Positions 1-12,229 of a stretch of 64,000 nt of DNA are shown here, piece by piece. Origin of the DNA: Schmidtea nova (taxonomy: Eukaryota); contig CM097883.1 of assembly GCA_044892505.1 (NCBI GenBank), positions 45,570,001 to 45,634,000 of the forward strand, given 5' to 3'. Every line of letters begins with the position of its first letter. Positions within the stretch are counted from its first letter, which is position 1. The notes beneath the pieces are model-generated. The model saw only the letters and a list, made by a program, of their open reading frames with translations. It made no database searches and was not told the origin of the DNA. A program made the translations under genes and the position numbers.

Positions 1-3000
1 CAAACATCGCCGCCGAAAGCATATTGGAATAATCTCGATCCTGGTACTATTCCTGATGTGATTCTCAAGCTCACACAGCCAGAGCAAAGATTACTGTCCA
101 GAGTAATTCCCTTCGTCAAAATCATCAAACTCGCTGGAATCTTTGGACAGTATGGATTTCGTGGCCAAGCAGTGCTCTTCGCCCAGGACATCTTTGAGGT
201 TAGTGAGAAGCTACCGAACATGCTACCTCGATCAACTGACAATGCTGGAATCGTAGTCGTGACTGAAGTACTAGAGAACCTGAACATCACTCGAGAGTAC
301 ACTATCACGAGATCGCGACTGTACGATGCATTGCGGTGGTTAATCACAAACAATCCGCTTTACAAAGATGTCGGCATCAACCACTTTGCAAGAATAGAAG
401 AGAGTGACATTGTACGAGTCGTGCCTCAACAACCTGAACGTGACGAAACCGAACATGACGAAAACTCAAGTGCATACATATCGATCGGAGATGCCTCAAG
501 AATAATTCGAGCTTCATGGCACCAAGGAGACGAATTCATATTCCAATCGGGATACGCAGGAGTTCAATGCTGCGCTATGGCTCTAGCCAACATCGTAAGA
601 GCCGCCATTCTATCGCCTAGCAAATGGAACACGCTAACACTCAACAGTAACATGATAGAAGGTGATGGAATGTATGAAACCATTCGAATAATGACAAATG
701 GTGAACCGAATGGCCTTCCAATATATGATGATGGATATCTTATGGTACGGCACTTCACTGCGATCAAGAGAGACTTCATCATGTACGACAACAGCTTTAT
801 ATAAGGTTGCTTTCTATATATATGTGTGTGAAACAAAATTACAAATCAATTTTTAGTGCTTTTCTCTCAACCGATTCACTTCAAATTTTGCACACTTGCT
901 CACTTCCGGTGACAATACATGGAAATTGATAAATTTGACCAAAAAAAGTTAATTAAGTTTACTAAATAACAATTTGAATTTCCCCATACATTTAACAATG
1001 GACGAGAGGTAAATGTGTTGGTGTCTCCAGACTGGAGAAAGACAAGTCTCGTCGTGAAAAAGAAAGCAGTGAACAATATCAAGCACGATTAGATCAGAAG
1101 AGAGAGTATATGTCAAATTTAAGAGCTGCAGAAACTCCAGAGCAACGTCAAGCACGATTAACTCAAAAGAGAGAGTATATGTCACACCGAATAGCTACAG
1201 AAACACCAGAACAACGACAAATGCGGCTCACACAGTTATCACAAAACATGTCTGAACGATTAGCTGCAGAAACACCTGAACAACGACAAGCACGGCTCGC
1301 TCAATTAAGACAGCAAAACTCACAGCTGCAACAACGATTGAACGCGGATATTGCAACATTCAACAAATCCATCAATACATTCTGCGATAAGATCTGCCAA
1401 GTCTGCATGAAGCGATGCTATCCAACGCAGATCACAACTTGCCGTGCGAGCCAAGATGCATTAACTTACCTACCTGCAGCACTGAAAGCATCTTCATCGC
1501 TCACTGTCTGCCACAGATGCAAGAATCACATCACAAGCAAGAAGCAAACATCGCCGCCGAAAGCATATTGGAATAATCTCGATCCTGGTACTATTCCTGA
1601 TGTGATTCTCAAGCTCACACAGCCAGAGCAAAGATTACTGTCCAGAGTAATTACCTTCGTCAAAATCATCAAACTCGCTGGAATCTTTGGACAGTATGGA
1701 TTTCGTGGCCAAGCAGTGCTCTTCGCCCAGGACATCTTTGAGGTTAGTGAGAAGCTACCGAACATGCTACCTCGATCAACTGACAATGCTGGAATCGTAG
1801 TCGTGACTGAAGTACTAGAGAACCTGAACATCACTCGAGAGTACACTATCACGAGATCGCGACTGTACGATGCATTGCGGTGGTTAATCACAAACAATCC
1901 GCTTTACAAAGATGTCGGCATCAACCACTTTGCAAGAATAGAAGAGAGTGACATTGTACGAGTCGTGCCTCAACAACCTGAACGTGACGAAACCGAACAT
2001 GACGAAAACTCAAGTGCATACATATCGATCGGAGATGCCTCAAGAATAATTCGAGCTTCATGGCACCAAGGAGACGAATTCATATTCCAATCGGGATACG
2101 CAGGAGTTCAATGCTGCGCTATGGCTCTAGCCAACATCGTAAGAGCCGCCATTCTATCGCCTAGCAAATGGAACACGCTAACACTCAACAGTAACATGAT
2201 AGAAGGTGATGGAATGTATGAAACCATTCGAATAATGACAAATGGTGAACCGAATGGCCTTCCAATATATGATGATGGATATCTTATGGTACGGCACTTC
2301 ACTGCGATCAAGAGAGACTTCATCATGTACGACAACAGCTTTATATAAGGTTGCTTTCTATAAATATGTGTGTGAAACAAAATTACAAATCAATTTTTAG
2401 TGCTTTTCTCTCAACCGATTCACTTCAAATTTTGCACACTTGCTCACTTCCGGTGACAATACATGGAAATTGATAAATTTGACCAAAAAAAGTTAATTAA
2501 GTTAACTAAATAACAATTTGAATTTCCCCATACATTTAACAATGGACGAGAGGTAAATGTGTTGGTGTCTCCAGACTGGAGAAAGACAAGTCTCGTCGTG
2601 AAAAAGAAAGCAGTGAACAATATCAAGCACGATTAGATCAGAAGAGAGAGTATATGTCAAATTAAAGAGCTGCAGAAACTCCAGAGCAACGTCAAGCACG
2701 ATTAACTCAAAAGAGAGAGTATATGTCACACCGAATAGCTACAGAAACACCAGAACAACGACAAATGCGGCTCACACAGTTATCACAAAACATGTCTGAA
2801 CGATTAGCTGCAGAAACACCTGAACAACGACAAGCACGGCTCGCTCAATTAAGACAGCAAAACTCACAGCTGCAACAACGATTGAACGCGGATATTGCAA
2901 CATTCAACAAATCCATCAATACATTCTGCGATAAGATCTGCCAAGTCTGCATGAAGCGATGCTATCCAACGCAGATCACAACTTGCCGTGCGAGCCAAGA

Positions 3001-4720
3001 TGCATTAACTTACCTACATGATATACTCGTGGGAACACTTATGCAAAACAAAACAAACAACCGGCCTGATAAACCTATGACGACTGAAACCGCTACACAA
3101 CGGAAAAGACGATTGGAAAAGGAAAAACAAAAACGCAAGGACAAACTAAAGAACGAGAGTGAAGAAGCGAAACGTGCCAGACTGGAGAAAGACAAGTCTC
3201 GTCGTGAAAAAGAAAGCAGTGAACAATATCAAGCACGATTAGATCAGAAGAGAGAGTATATGTCAAATTTAAGAGCTGCAGAAACTCCAGAGCAACGTCA
3301 AGCACGATTAACTCAAAAGAGAGAGTATATGTCACACCGAATAGCTACAGAAACACCAGAACAACGACAAATGCGGCTCACACAGTTATCACAAAACATG
3401 TCTGAACGATTAGCTGCAGAAACACCTGAACAACGACAAGCACGGCTCGCTCAATTAAGACAGCAAAACTCACAGCTGCAACAACGATTGAACGCGGATA
3501 TTGCAACATTCAACAAATCCATCAATACATTCTGCGATAAGATCTGCCAAGTCTGCATGAAGCGATGCTATCCAACGCAGATCACAACTTGCCGTGCGAG
3601 CCAAGATGCATTAACTTACCTACCTGCAGCACTGAAAGCATCTTCATCGCTCACTGTCTGCCACAGATGCAAGAATCACATCACAAGCAAGAAGCAAACA
3701 TCGCCGCCGAAAGCATATTGGAATAATCTCGATCCTGGTACTATTCCTGATGTGATTCTCAAGCTCACACAGCCAGAGCAAAGATTACTGTCCAGAGTAA
3801 TTCCCTTCGTCAAAATCATCAAACTCGCTGGAATCTTTGGACAGTATGGATTTCGTGGCCAAGCAGTGCTCTTCGCCCAGGACATCTTTGAGGTTAGTGA
3901 GAAGCTACCGAACATGCTACCTCGATCAACTGACAATGCTGGAATCGTAGTCGTGACTGAAGTACTAGAGAACCTGAACATCACTCGAGAGTACACTATC
4001 ACGAGATCGCGACTGTACGATGCATTGCGGTGGTTAATCACAAACAATCCGCTTTACAAAGATGTCGGCATCAACCACTTTGCAAGAATAGAAGAGAGTG
4101 ACATTGCACGAGTCGTGCCTCAACAACCTGAACGTGACGAAACCGAACATGACGAAAACTCAAGTGCATACATATCGATCGGAGATGCCTCAAGAATAAT
4201 TCGAGCTTCATGGCACCAAGGAGACGAATTCATATTCCAATCGGGATACGCAGGAGTTCAATGCTGCGCTATGGCTCTAGCCAACATCGTAAGAGCCGCC
4301 ATTCTATCGCCTAGCAAATGGAACACGCTAACACTCAACAGTAACATGATAGAAGGTGATGGAATGTATGAAACCATTCGAATAATGACAAATGGTGAAC
4401 CGAATGGCCTTCCAATATATGATGATGGATATCTTATGGTACGGCACTTCACTGCGATCAAGAGAGACTTCATCATGTACGACAACAGCTTTATATAAGG
4501 TTGCTTTCTATATATATGTGTGTGAAACAAAATTACAAATCAATTTTTAGTGCTTTTCTCTCAACCGATTCACTTCAAATTTTGCACACTTGCTCACTTC
4601 CGGTGACAATACATGGAAATTGATAAATTTGACCAAAAAAAGTTAATTAAGTTTACTAAATAACAATTTGAATTTCCCCATACATTTAACAATGGACGAG
4701 AGGTAAATGTGTTGGTGTCT
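1..4720 (+). repeat. Tandem 1544-bp units of the Helitron 5' coding region
   Basis: Units restart at ccagactggagaaag at 1027, 2571, 3177 and 4721. Unit at 2571 is partial (to 3017) and is followed by the ORF start (ATG 3041). Truncated ORFs 58..804, 1110..2348 and 2723..4498 all end YDNSFI*. Confidence 0.95.
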
Positions 4721-4803
4721 CCAGACTGGAGAAAGACAAGTCTCGTCGTGAAAAAGAAAGCAGTGAACAATATCAAGCACGATTAGATCAGAAGAGAGAG
4801 TAT

Positions 4804-6375
4804 ATGTCAAATTTAAGAGCTGCAGAAACTCCAGAGCAACGTCAAGCACGATTAACTCAAAAGAGAGAGTATATGTCACACCGAATAGCTACAGAAACAC
4901 CAGAACAACGACAAATGCGGCTCACACAGTTATCACAAAACATGTCTGAACGATTAGCTGCAGAAACACCTGAACAACGACAAGCACGGCTCGCTCAATT
5001 AAGACAGCAAAACTCACAGCTGCAACAACGATTGAACGCGGATATTGCAACATTCAACAAATCCATCAATACATTCTGCGATAAGATCTGCCAAGTCTGC
5101 ATGAAGCGATGCTATCCAACGCAGATCACAACTTGCCGTGCGAGCCAAGATGCATTAACTTACCTACCTGCAGCACTGAAAGCATCTTCATCGCTCACTG
5201 TCTGCCACAGATGCAAGAATCACATCACAAGCAAGAAGCAAACATCGCCGCCGAAAGCATATTGGAATAATCTCGATCCTGGTACTATTCCTGATGTGAT
5301 TCTCAAGCTCACACAGCCAGAGCAAAGATTACTGTCCAGAGTAATTCCCTTCGTCAAAATCATCAAACTCGCTGGAATCTTTGGACAGTATGGATTTCGT
5401 GGCCAAGCAGTGCTCTTCGCCCAGAACATCTTTGAGGTTAGTGAGAAGCTACCGAACATGCTACCTCGATCAACTGACAATGCTGGAATCGTAGTCGTGA
5501 CTGAAGTACTAGAGAACCTGAACATCACTCGAGAGTACACTATCACGAGATCGCGACTGTACGATGCATTGCGGTGGTTAATCACAAACAATCCGCTTTA
5601 CAAAGATGTCGGCATCAACCACTTTGCAAGAATAGAAGAGAGTGACATTGTACGAGTCGTGCCTCAACAACCTGAACGTGACGAAACCGAACATGACGAA
5701 AACTCATTGCAAAGAATAATTCGAGCTTCATGGCACCAAGGAGACGAATTCATATTCCAATCGGGATACGCAGGAGTTCAATGCTGCGCTATGGCTCTAG
5801 CCAACATCGTAAGAGCCGCCATTCTATCGCCTAGCAAATGGAACACGCTAACACTCAACAGTAACATGATAGAAGGTGATGGAATGTATGAAACCATTCG
5901 AATAATGACAAATGGTGAACCGAATGGCCTTCCAATATATGATGATGGATATCTTATGGTACGGCACTTCACTGCGATCAAGAGAGACTTCATCATTTAC
6001 GACAACAGCTTCAGTATCGATATCGAAGAAGACTCTCCATACTTCGGTAGTTTGCAGGATGATAAGAACGATGATGATACCCTGCAAGATGGTGTATTCG
6101 GAAGAAGATCATTGAAAAAATCTCTTGAACTGCTCTTCAGGGAACACAGTGCAGGAATATTGATAGCGGAATCGAAATATTTGGGAGTCTTGCACTAAGA
6201 TGACAAGTTCTACTTCACAGATTCACACTCATGTGGTGCAAAAGGCTCTTCAACAAGATCAGCAAATGGAAGAGCATGTGTAATCGAATGTGATACAATT
6301 GAAGAACTCACGCGCCTGTGTAAGAGAGCAACAGGATCACGCAACTACATCGACGTTCATCCCAAGAACGATATC
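4804..6375 (+). pseudogene. N-terminal part of the RepHel ORF (STPR-like repeats, Cys cluster, DUF6570-like region, herpes-tegument/C76-like cysteine protease), split by one nonsense codon
   Basis: ETPEQRQARL repeats; CxxC...CxxC; GQYGFRGQAVLF; ASWHQGD..F...AG.QC motif; reading through TAA 6196 gives DDKFYFTDSHS and stays in frame to ATG 6376. Confidence 0.8.
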
Positions 6376-9300
6376 ATGAGATTGGAGGATTATGCAGCAG
6401 AACATCCTGAAGTTCAATTGGAGAAAGCAGACACCATTCCAATAGGACAAGCTGATACTATCACCAGATCAGAGATGCCGATATTGACATCAGTAATGGC
6501 TCCAATAGACTGTGCTCAACCAGATGTTGAAGATGAACTTGAAGTGTCTAGCAATTTGAACGAGATTACCCGGAAAACACGAGACAACATCGTCAATGAG
6601 GCTCACGAATTGAAATCTGAAGAGTATGCCTGGTACTTCCTCTTCCCGTACGGAATCAACGGATTGAAACATGAACGACTGGTTAAGATCACACCTCTTG
6701 ACTACTTCCAATACCGAATACTCGGCACAGACACCAGATTCCAAAGAACCGACTATCTGTTCTACGCATTGTCGATGTTCGAGTATTACAGAGTCAAGTC
6801 ATCAATAGCAGCATGCGCACAGAAAATTGAAGGCCAAGAAGGACAAGTAGAAGATGTACACCTCAACCTCAGAAGTCTGAGAGGATCTTCAGCATACTGG
6901 AAAACCGCACTGAATGATCTGATAGCACAAATCAGATGCCTTGGACCGCCTACCTACTTCGTTACCTTCAGCTGCAATGATTTGAACTGGCTCGATATGA
7001 GAAAAGCCCTCCTCATAGCCGATGGAAGACCAAATGAAGACCCGAAAAATCTGGATTCTTTCACCACACAAGCACTAGTCGAGCGATATCCAGTAATAGT
7101 GAGCCGACACTTCATGATACGAGTCAACGCGCTGATGAAATTCATACGCAGTAACACAGAGGTGTTTGGAGGACAACTTGTAGACTTCTGGTGGAGAATT
7201 GAGTTCCAGAACAGAGGCAGTCCACACTTGCATATGGTAGTGTGGATCAAAGACCATCCGCCTTTCACTACACCAGAAGGAATCGAACAATTGGATCGAA
7301 TATGCAGCTGCGAACTGCCTGAAGAAAACACAGAGCTCTATGAATTGGTTAAGATTCAAATGCACCGCCATTCAACAACATGCAAGAAGAACGATCCAAC
7401 ATCCAACATATGCAGATTCAGCTTCCCTCGTCAAGTGTGCACAGCTACCCGTATCATCGCACACACTTCAGATGACTTCATACGCAGCGGTGGTAGAATC
7501 TGTCTTCTGAAGCGACGGTATGAAGATCGTTGGGTCAACAACTACAATCCAACTCTTCTGAAGCTATGGCAAGCCAATATGGACATTCAACCGTGTGGAT
7601 CTAATGAGTCAATCGCATTCTACATCGCCAAATACATATCAAAGGCAGAACCTACTGAGCTCGATGTAGGAGTTGCTCAAGCCATACTGCAAATACGCCG
7701 CGAAGAAACCAACATCTCAAGAAAACTCTTCAAGATATGTATGAGAATACTGAAAGAGCGACACGTTTCGGCATGCGAATGTGTCTATCGTCTGGCACAC
7801 CTTCATATGAGAGATAGTTCAAGAAGAACAATATTCTTGAACACTCGAAAGCCAGAACAACGGTATCGAATGATACAATTTGATGAAATTGGACGTGCAT
7901 CAGGATATGCAAAGAGCATCTTCGATCGTTACGAGCGACGACCAGCATCAACATCAGAATATGACTTCGATAACATGAGCTTGATTGAGTTTGCGATGTG
8001 CTTCGAAGCTTACTATGCCAAGAAACAAGATGACGAAGATGGAGCCGATAACGATGCATACGAAGCTGAGGCCGAAGTTACAACAAGAAGAAAGCTCATC
8101 ACGCTTACGGACAATACGAAGATGGCAGTAAGAAACACACCGGCAATAGTACGAGTCCCATATTTCATGGCAGCCAATGATCCTGAGAACTATTACTACA
8201 GTCTCCTTCTTCAGTACATGCCATACAGACGAGAAATCGAACTAATCGAGGAGTTTGACACAGCACGAGATGCACGACTGAAAGAAATCAGTAGTTATAT
8301 GGAGACCTTCAGAGAACGCGATCGTCAATTGGAAGACGCATTTGTTCAGGTTCATGCATTCCAAGTACTTGATGAACCACATCCAAATATCGAGGATGTT
8401 GAAGAAGATGTAGTAATAGATGATGCCATGACCAATGAACAATTCCAGATAGCTCAGCGTGCAATGAATATGGGACAGCATGAAATATTCGTACGAATCA
8501 CCCGCAGCATTCAACAACAAATGAACGGCGATACACACCGCGAGAGATTGTTCATAACAGGAGGTGCTGGAACTGGAAAGACATTTGTGTTCAACCTACT
8601 GAAGAATCAAGTCAACAGATGCTATGCAAAGACTGCGGTTAAGGTGGCATCGTTAACAGGAGTAGCAGCGCGACTCGTAGGCGGACAAACGTTACACAGT
8701 CTTCTCAAGTTACCAGTTCAGAAGGATGGAAAGCTTGTACATAATATGCCACTTCTGACTGGCAACTTCCTACGAGTTATGCGACAGCAATGGAAAGACA
8801 CAGAGTTCTTCTTCATAGATGAAATATCGATGGTTCCCTATGAAATGCTCTGCATGATTGACTCACGGCTGAAACAACTGAAGAACAGTAATGATCTCTT
8901 CGGCGGAATCAACGTCCTACTGTTCGGAGACCTGATGCAGTTGCCACCAGTTAGAGGAAAACAAGTGTTCAATCAGCCTGATAGAATGATACCTGTTACA
9001 CACCTATGGCGCCTGTTCACACTGATAGAATTGACTGAGAACATGAGACAACAAGGCGATACAACATTCATCGAAGTCCTGAATGCTCTACGGGTTGGTG
9101 AACTTCGAGAACGACATATGGACATCCTAATAAAGAAAGTCACCACAGAAGCCAATGGTGAATTCTCTGTAGAGAAAGCGCTGCGCATATACCCGACTAA
9201 CAAGAAAGTCGATGAACATAATCAAGCTGTCCTGGCACATTTCAAAGCAAAGAACACTGAAATGTATAAGATCAGAGCTCAGGACAGACTTGTGGATGGT

Positions 9301-9861
9301 CCAGATAACAACATCGACTATGACAAGATTACTCCTACCGACATCAACAAGACAGCTGCCCTTCCAAGAGAGCTTGAGATATTCGTGGGTGCGAAGGTCA
9401 TGCTGAGATCAAACATCGATATTTCAAAGGGCTTAGTCAACGGTGCAATTGGCTTCATCACAGAAATCATATGGCCCTACTTCCGAAGAGCGCAAATACA
9501 TGCAACAGATGTGCCATCACTAAGAATTGACTTCGGTAGAGACGGTGCACACATCATTGAGCCGATATCGAAGCAATTCCCAGCGAAACGAAATGCCGGA
9601 ACAATAGAGAGAAGAATGCTACCTATAGTACTATCGTGGGCTTCAACTGTACACAAGATGCAAGGCAGTACAGTAGATTATGCAGTGATTGACCTGGGAT
9701 CCGATTTGTTCGCAGAAGGTCAGGCATATGTAGCACTAAGTCGAGTGAGATCTCTGGATGGTCTACAGATACAGGAATTGGACTGTGCCAAGCTAACTAG
9801 AAAGAAACCTTGCAACAACGACGCTTTGGCTGAGATGGAAAGATTGAGATCGATACCATGA
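6376..9861 (+). CDS. Helitron Rep-Helicase (HUH endonuclease + PIF1-like helicase)
   Basis: RGSPHLH, NNYNPTLL..WQANMDIQ, ITGGAGTGKT, GGQTLHS, FIDEISMV, FGDLMQLPPV, TVHKMQGST, GQAYVALSRV. In frame with 4804..6198 across a single TAA at 6196-6198. Confidence 0.95.
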   Translation: MRLEDYAAEHPEVQLEKADTIPIGQADTITRSEMPILTSVMAPIDCAQPDVEDELEVSSNLNEITRKTRDNIVNEAHELKSEEYAWYFLFPYGINGLKHERLVKITPLDYFQYRILGTDTRFQRTDYLFYALSMFEYYRVKSSIAACAQKIEGQEGQVEDVHLNLRSLRGSSAYWKTALNDLIAQIRCLGPPTYFVTFSCNDLNWLDMRKALLIADGRPNEDPKNLDSFTTQALVERYPVIVSRHFMIRVNALMKFIRSNTEVFGGQLVDFWWRIEFQNRGSPHLHMVVWIKDHPPFTTPEGIEQLDRICSCELPEENTELYELVKIQMHRHSTTCKKNDPTSNICRFSFPRQVCTATRIIAHTSDDFIRSGGRICLLKRRYEDRWVNNYNPTLLKLWQANMDIQPCGSNESIAFYIAKYISKAEPTELDVGVAQAILQIRREETNISRKLFKICMRILKERHVSACECVYRLAHLHMRDSSRRTIFLNTRKPEQRYRMIQFDEIGRASGYAKSIFDRYERRPASTSEYDFDNMSLIEFAMCFEAYYAKKQDDEDGADNDAYEAEAEVTTRRKLITLTDNTKMAVRNTPAIVRVPYFMAANDPENYYYSLLLQYMPYRREIELIEEFDTARDARLKEISSYMETFRERDRQLEDAFVQVHAFQVLDEPHPNIEDVEEDVVIDDAMTNEQFQIAQRAMNMGQHEIFVRITRSIQQQMNGDTHRERLFITGGAGTGKTFVFNLLKNQVNRCYAKTAVKVASLTGVAARLVGGQTLHSLLKLPVQKDGKLVHNMPLLTGNFLRVMRQQWKDTEFFFIDEISMVPYEMLCMIDSRLKQLKNSNDLFGGINVLLFGDLMQLPPVRGKQVFNQPDRMIPVTHLWRLFTLIELTENMRQQGDTTFIEVLNALRVGELRERHMDILIKKVTTEANGEFSVEKALRIYPTNKKVDEHNQAVLAHFKAKNTEMYKIRAQDRLVDGPDNNIDYDKITPTDINKTAALPRELEIFVGAKVMLRSNIDISKGLVNGAIGFITEIIWPYFRRAQIHATDVPSLRIDFGRDGAHIIEPISKQFPAKRNAGTIERRMLPIVLSWASTVHKMQGSTVDYAVIDLGSDLFAEGQAYVALSRVRSLDGLQIQELDCAKLTRKKPCNNDALAEMERLRSIP

Positions 9862-10494
9862 ATGAGTACATGAAGAAGTACAATCAAATAAGACATATGC
9901 CAACAACAATATCAACATACACCGACTTGACAAACTGACAAAGTGCTCTCGGATCGCACTATAAAATGTAAGGTCCAAAAGATAGATCGTTAGATAGATC
10001 TATCTTTTGCAAAATTTTACTGTAAAAATCTTTTGTATGAAATTTTCCCTTCTACAAAAAATTTAAATAATCACTTATTTAATAAATATAATAAAAATGT
10101 AAAAAAAATTAAAAGAATAAAAAAAAATGTAATATAATTTTCCCTTCTACAAAATATAACAAAAAAAATTTCTCAGCCAAGTGGAGTTCTGCTCGCATAA
10201 AGCATGGATTTGAAAAAAGAATTTTTTTTTGATTTACTAGTTTATATTCATGGACTTTATTCGTGCTCATCTAAAAAGAGGAAACTAGGATTAACATACA
10301 CTATGGTTATTGCAGCTTTATGTCCCCCTTCTACACTCGAGTGGTATGTCGCTGTTCATACGAAACAACACGTTCACTGATTCGTCTGTCCTTCAAACAT
10401 TCAACATTTCGCCAATCAGCATCATGCATGGCATCATCCCTTTAATCCAATTACAAATTTCGACACAAACATTTTTTAAACAAAAACACTATCT

Positions 10495-11077
10495 TCACAT
10501 TTTTATAGAGCTTCGGGAGAACTCAACCAATTCCTGATCATATTGTCTGTCCATCAGTCCCTTCCCGTCTGGTTGATAGATTTCGGGGCACGGGTCCCAG
10601 CATAGATGGTCATTAAAGACGAAGACCTCCCATAATCTCCTGTCGCCTTTCTACTGGTGCTGCTCCATATTGATTCTTCCAGGCGCATTGAAGTATGGTT
10701 GCATTTCACCGGTGTGCATACATCGTGGCCGATCCATCAAGATATAACCGAGCCTGTAGAGATCGTGGCCCGTCATTGAATCGTTGGTCAATATCCATCG
10801 GGGTCGACGTTGTTGATTTTCGAATTGTAGAAACCACTGGATTGAGTTTTTGTTCGGGAAACTCGGTAGTATCGACCACTCGGGGTCACCTTCCCACCTG
10901 AGTCGCACCTTAAATAAGCACGATGGTGAGCGCGCAGCAGAATCCATGTCTGCGAACCCAAGCCCGGAGATATCGTCGAGCTCTGTCTGAAATATATTCA
11001 GGGGCCATCTCAGCGTCTGTGACTTCCATATTTTGACTCGTGATGCACGGCTGGCGCCTTGGTTTTTTTCTGTCCAT
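10495..11077 (-). pseudogene. 'RWEG' family ORF, copy A (frameshift and premature stop)
   Basis: MDRKKPRR...ARRYLRAWVRRH / MDSAARSPSCLFKVRLRWEGDPEW...LGYILMDRPRC...*KGDRRLWEVFVFNDHLCWDPCPEIY; colinear with 32453..33055. Confidence 0.8.
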
Positions 11078-12229
11078 CTAGAAAGAAGGGTGTGTTTTAA
11101 TCTCAGCCATCTGGAGAAGGGTTTAGCATCCTTTCACCTCATTTATCCACAATCATACTCATTATTTAAAGTTTCTCACCTGAACTTTTCCGTGATAATT
11201 CATTTTTTATTATTATTGTCAATTGTCATCTGATCGTTCGTTGTTTATTTCTTGTTAATATTGTTGATCAGTCCTACACTAGTTGTAGTTAGGTACCGTA
11301 GGCCTACCTACGATCATCATCACAGTACTATGTCATTAGCATGGTTTGAATCTCATCATTCATCTATCTTCCTTATGAAGCGGCCATCGCTGTATGCAGC
11401 CAAGCATGAGTTATACATCAAATTAAGATTATTTCACTGCATACTGATTTATTCATCAGACCATACTTCATTCACCAAGCAACGATTTATTTATCACACA
11501 CCGTTTGATTCATTCAATATTGATTTGTTCACCAAATTTTGATTTATGCCATCAAACACTATTTTACTTATCCAACAAGGCTCATGTACATGTCGGGAGT
11601 AAAGTCGAGGCAGTTAGTCGACCCTCGTCGCTCAAAAAATTTCGTTTCAATGCTTATGTGACCTAATACAACCACCGGTGACGACCTCTCCGCCTATGCG
11701 CGGCTCCCCCCTTTTATTACGTACCGTTATTTCTCGCATGCACTCTCTCGATCGTATCGCCTTGTCATCATCGATCAACCCTAATGGGATTTAGCTCTCG
11801 GGTAGTCTGACTTTTACCGATATCATTAAAGAACCACTCCACTTGCATTACAAATTTGACATCCTATGTGCACCCTTTACCCCACAAAATCAAATTTAGG
11901 ACACTTAAGGTCTCGCCGCATCAGCACCTCACATGAGAATGTGTTGTGCCAAGAGGCCGAGAATCCCGTCAGATCGACTGACCTTCGGGACAAAACTTAT
12001 GGATTTTAATGATGAGGGTTTAATCAATGTTCATCACAAAAATACAACTAACGTACCTTTTATTTCCGATTAGATTCGATAATTACAATAATGTTCCGAG
12101 TAGCTATCAATGAGCTGACCAAATTTGACTCTGGTAAAAAATGACTCACTGCTACTGATTTTACTGCTGTATTTATACTGAATGACGTTGCTGGCCAGCC
12201 AATCAGAATTGTGCACGTGTGCAAATATT

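Larger units (their letters stand above)
1..10009 (+). mobile_element. Helitron/Helentron-type rolling-circle transposon with tandemly amplified 5' region
   Basis: HUH Rep motifs (YFVTFSCND, IEFQNRGSPHLH, YIAKYISK) and PIF1/SF1 helicase motifs in 6376..9861; N-terminal part repeated upstream; 13-bp-stem hairpin at 9976-10009 after the stop. True termini not resolved. Confidence 0.93.

Noticed and set aside
10230-10242. CTAG as the canonical Helitron 3' end
   Set aside because: No convincing GC-rich hairpin just upstream; terminus left undefined.
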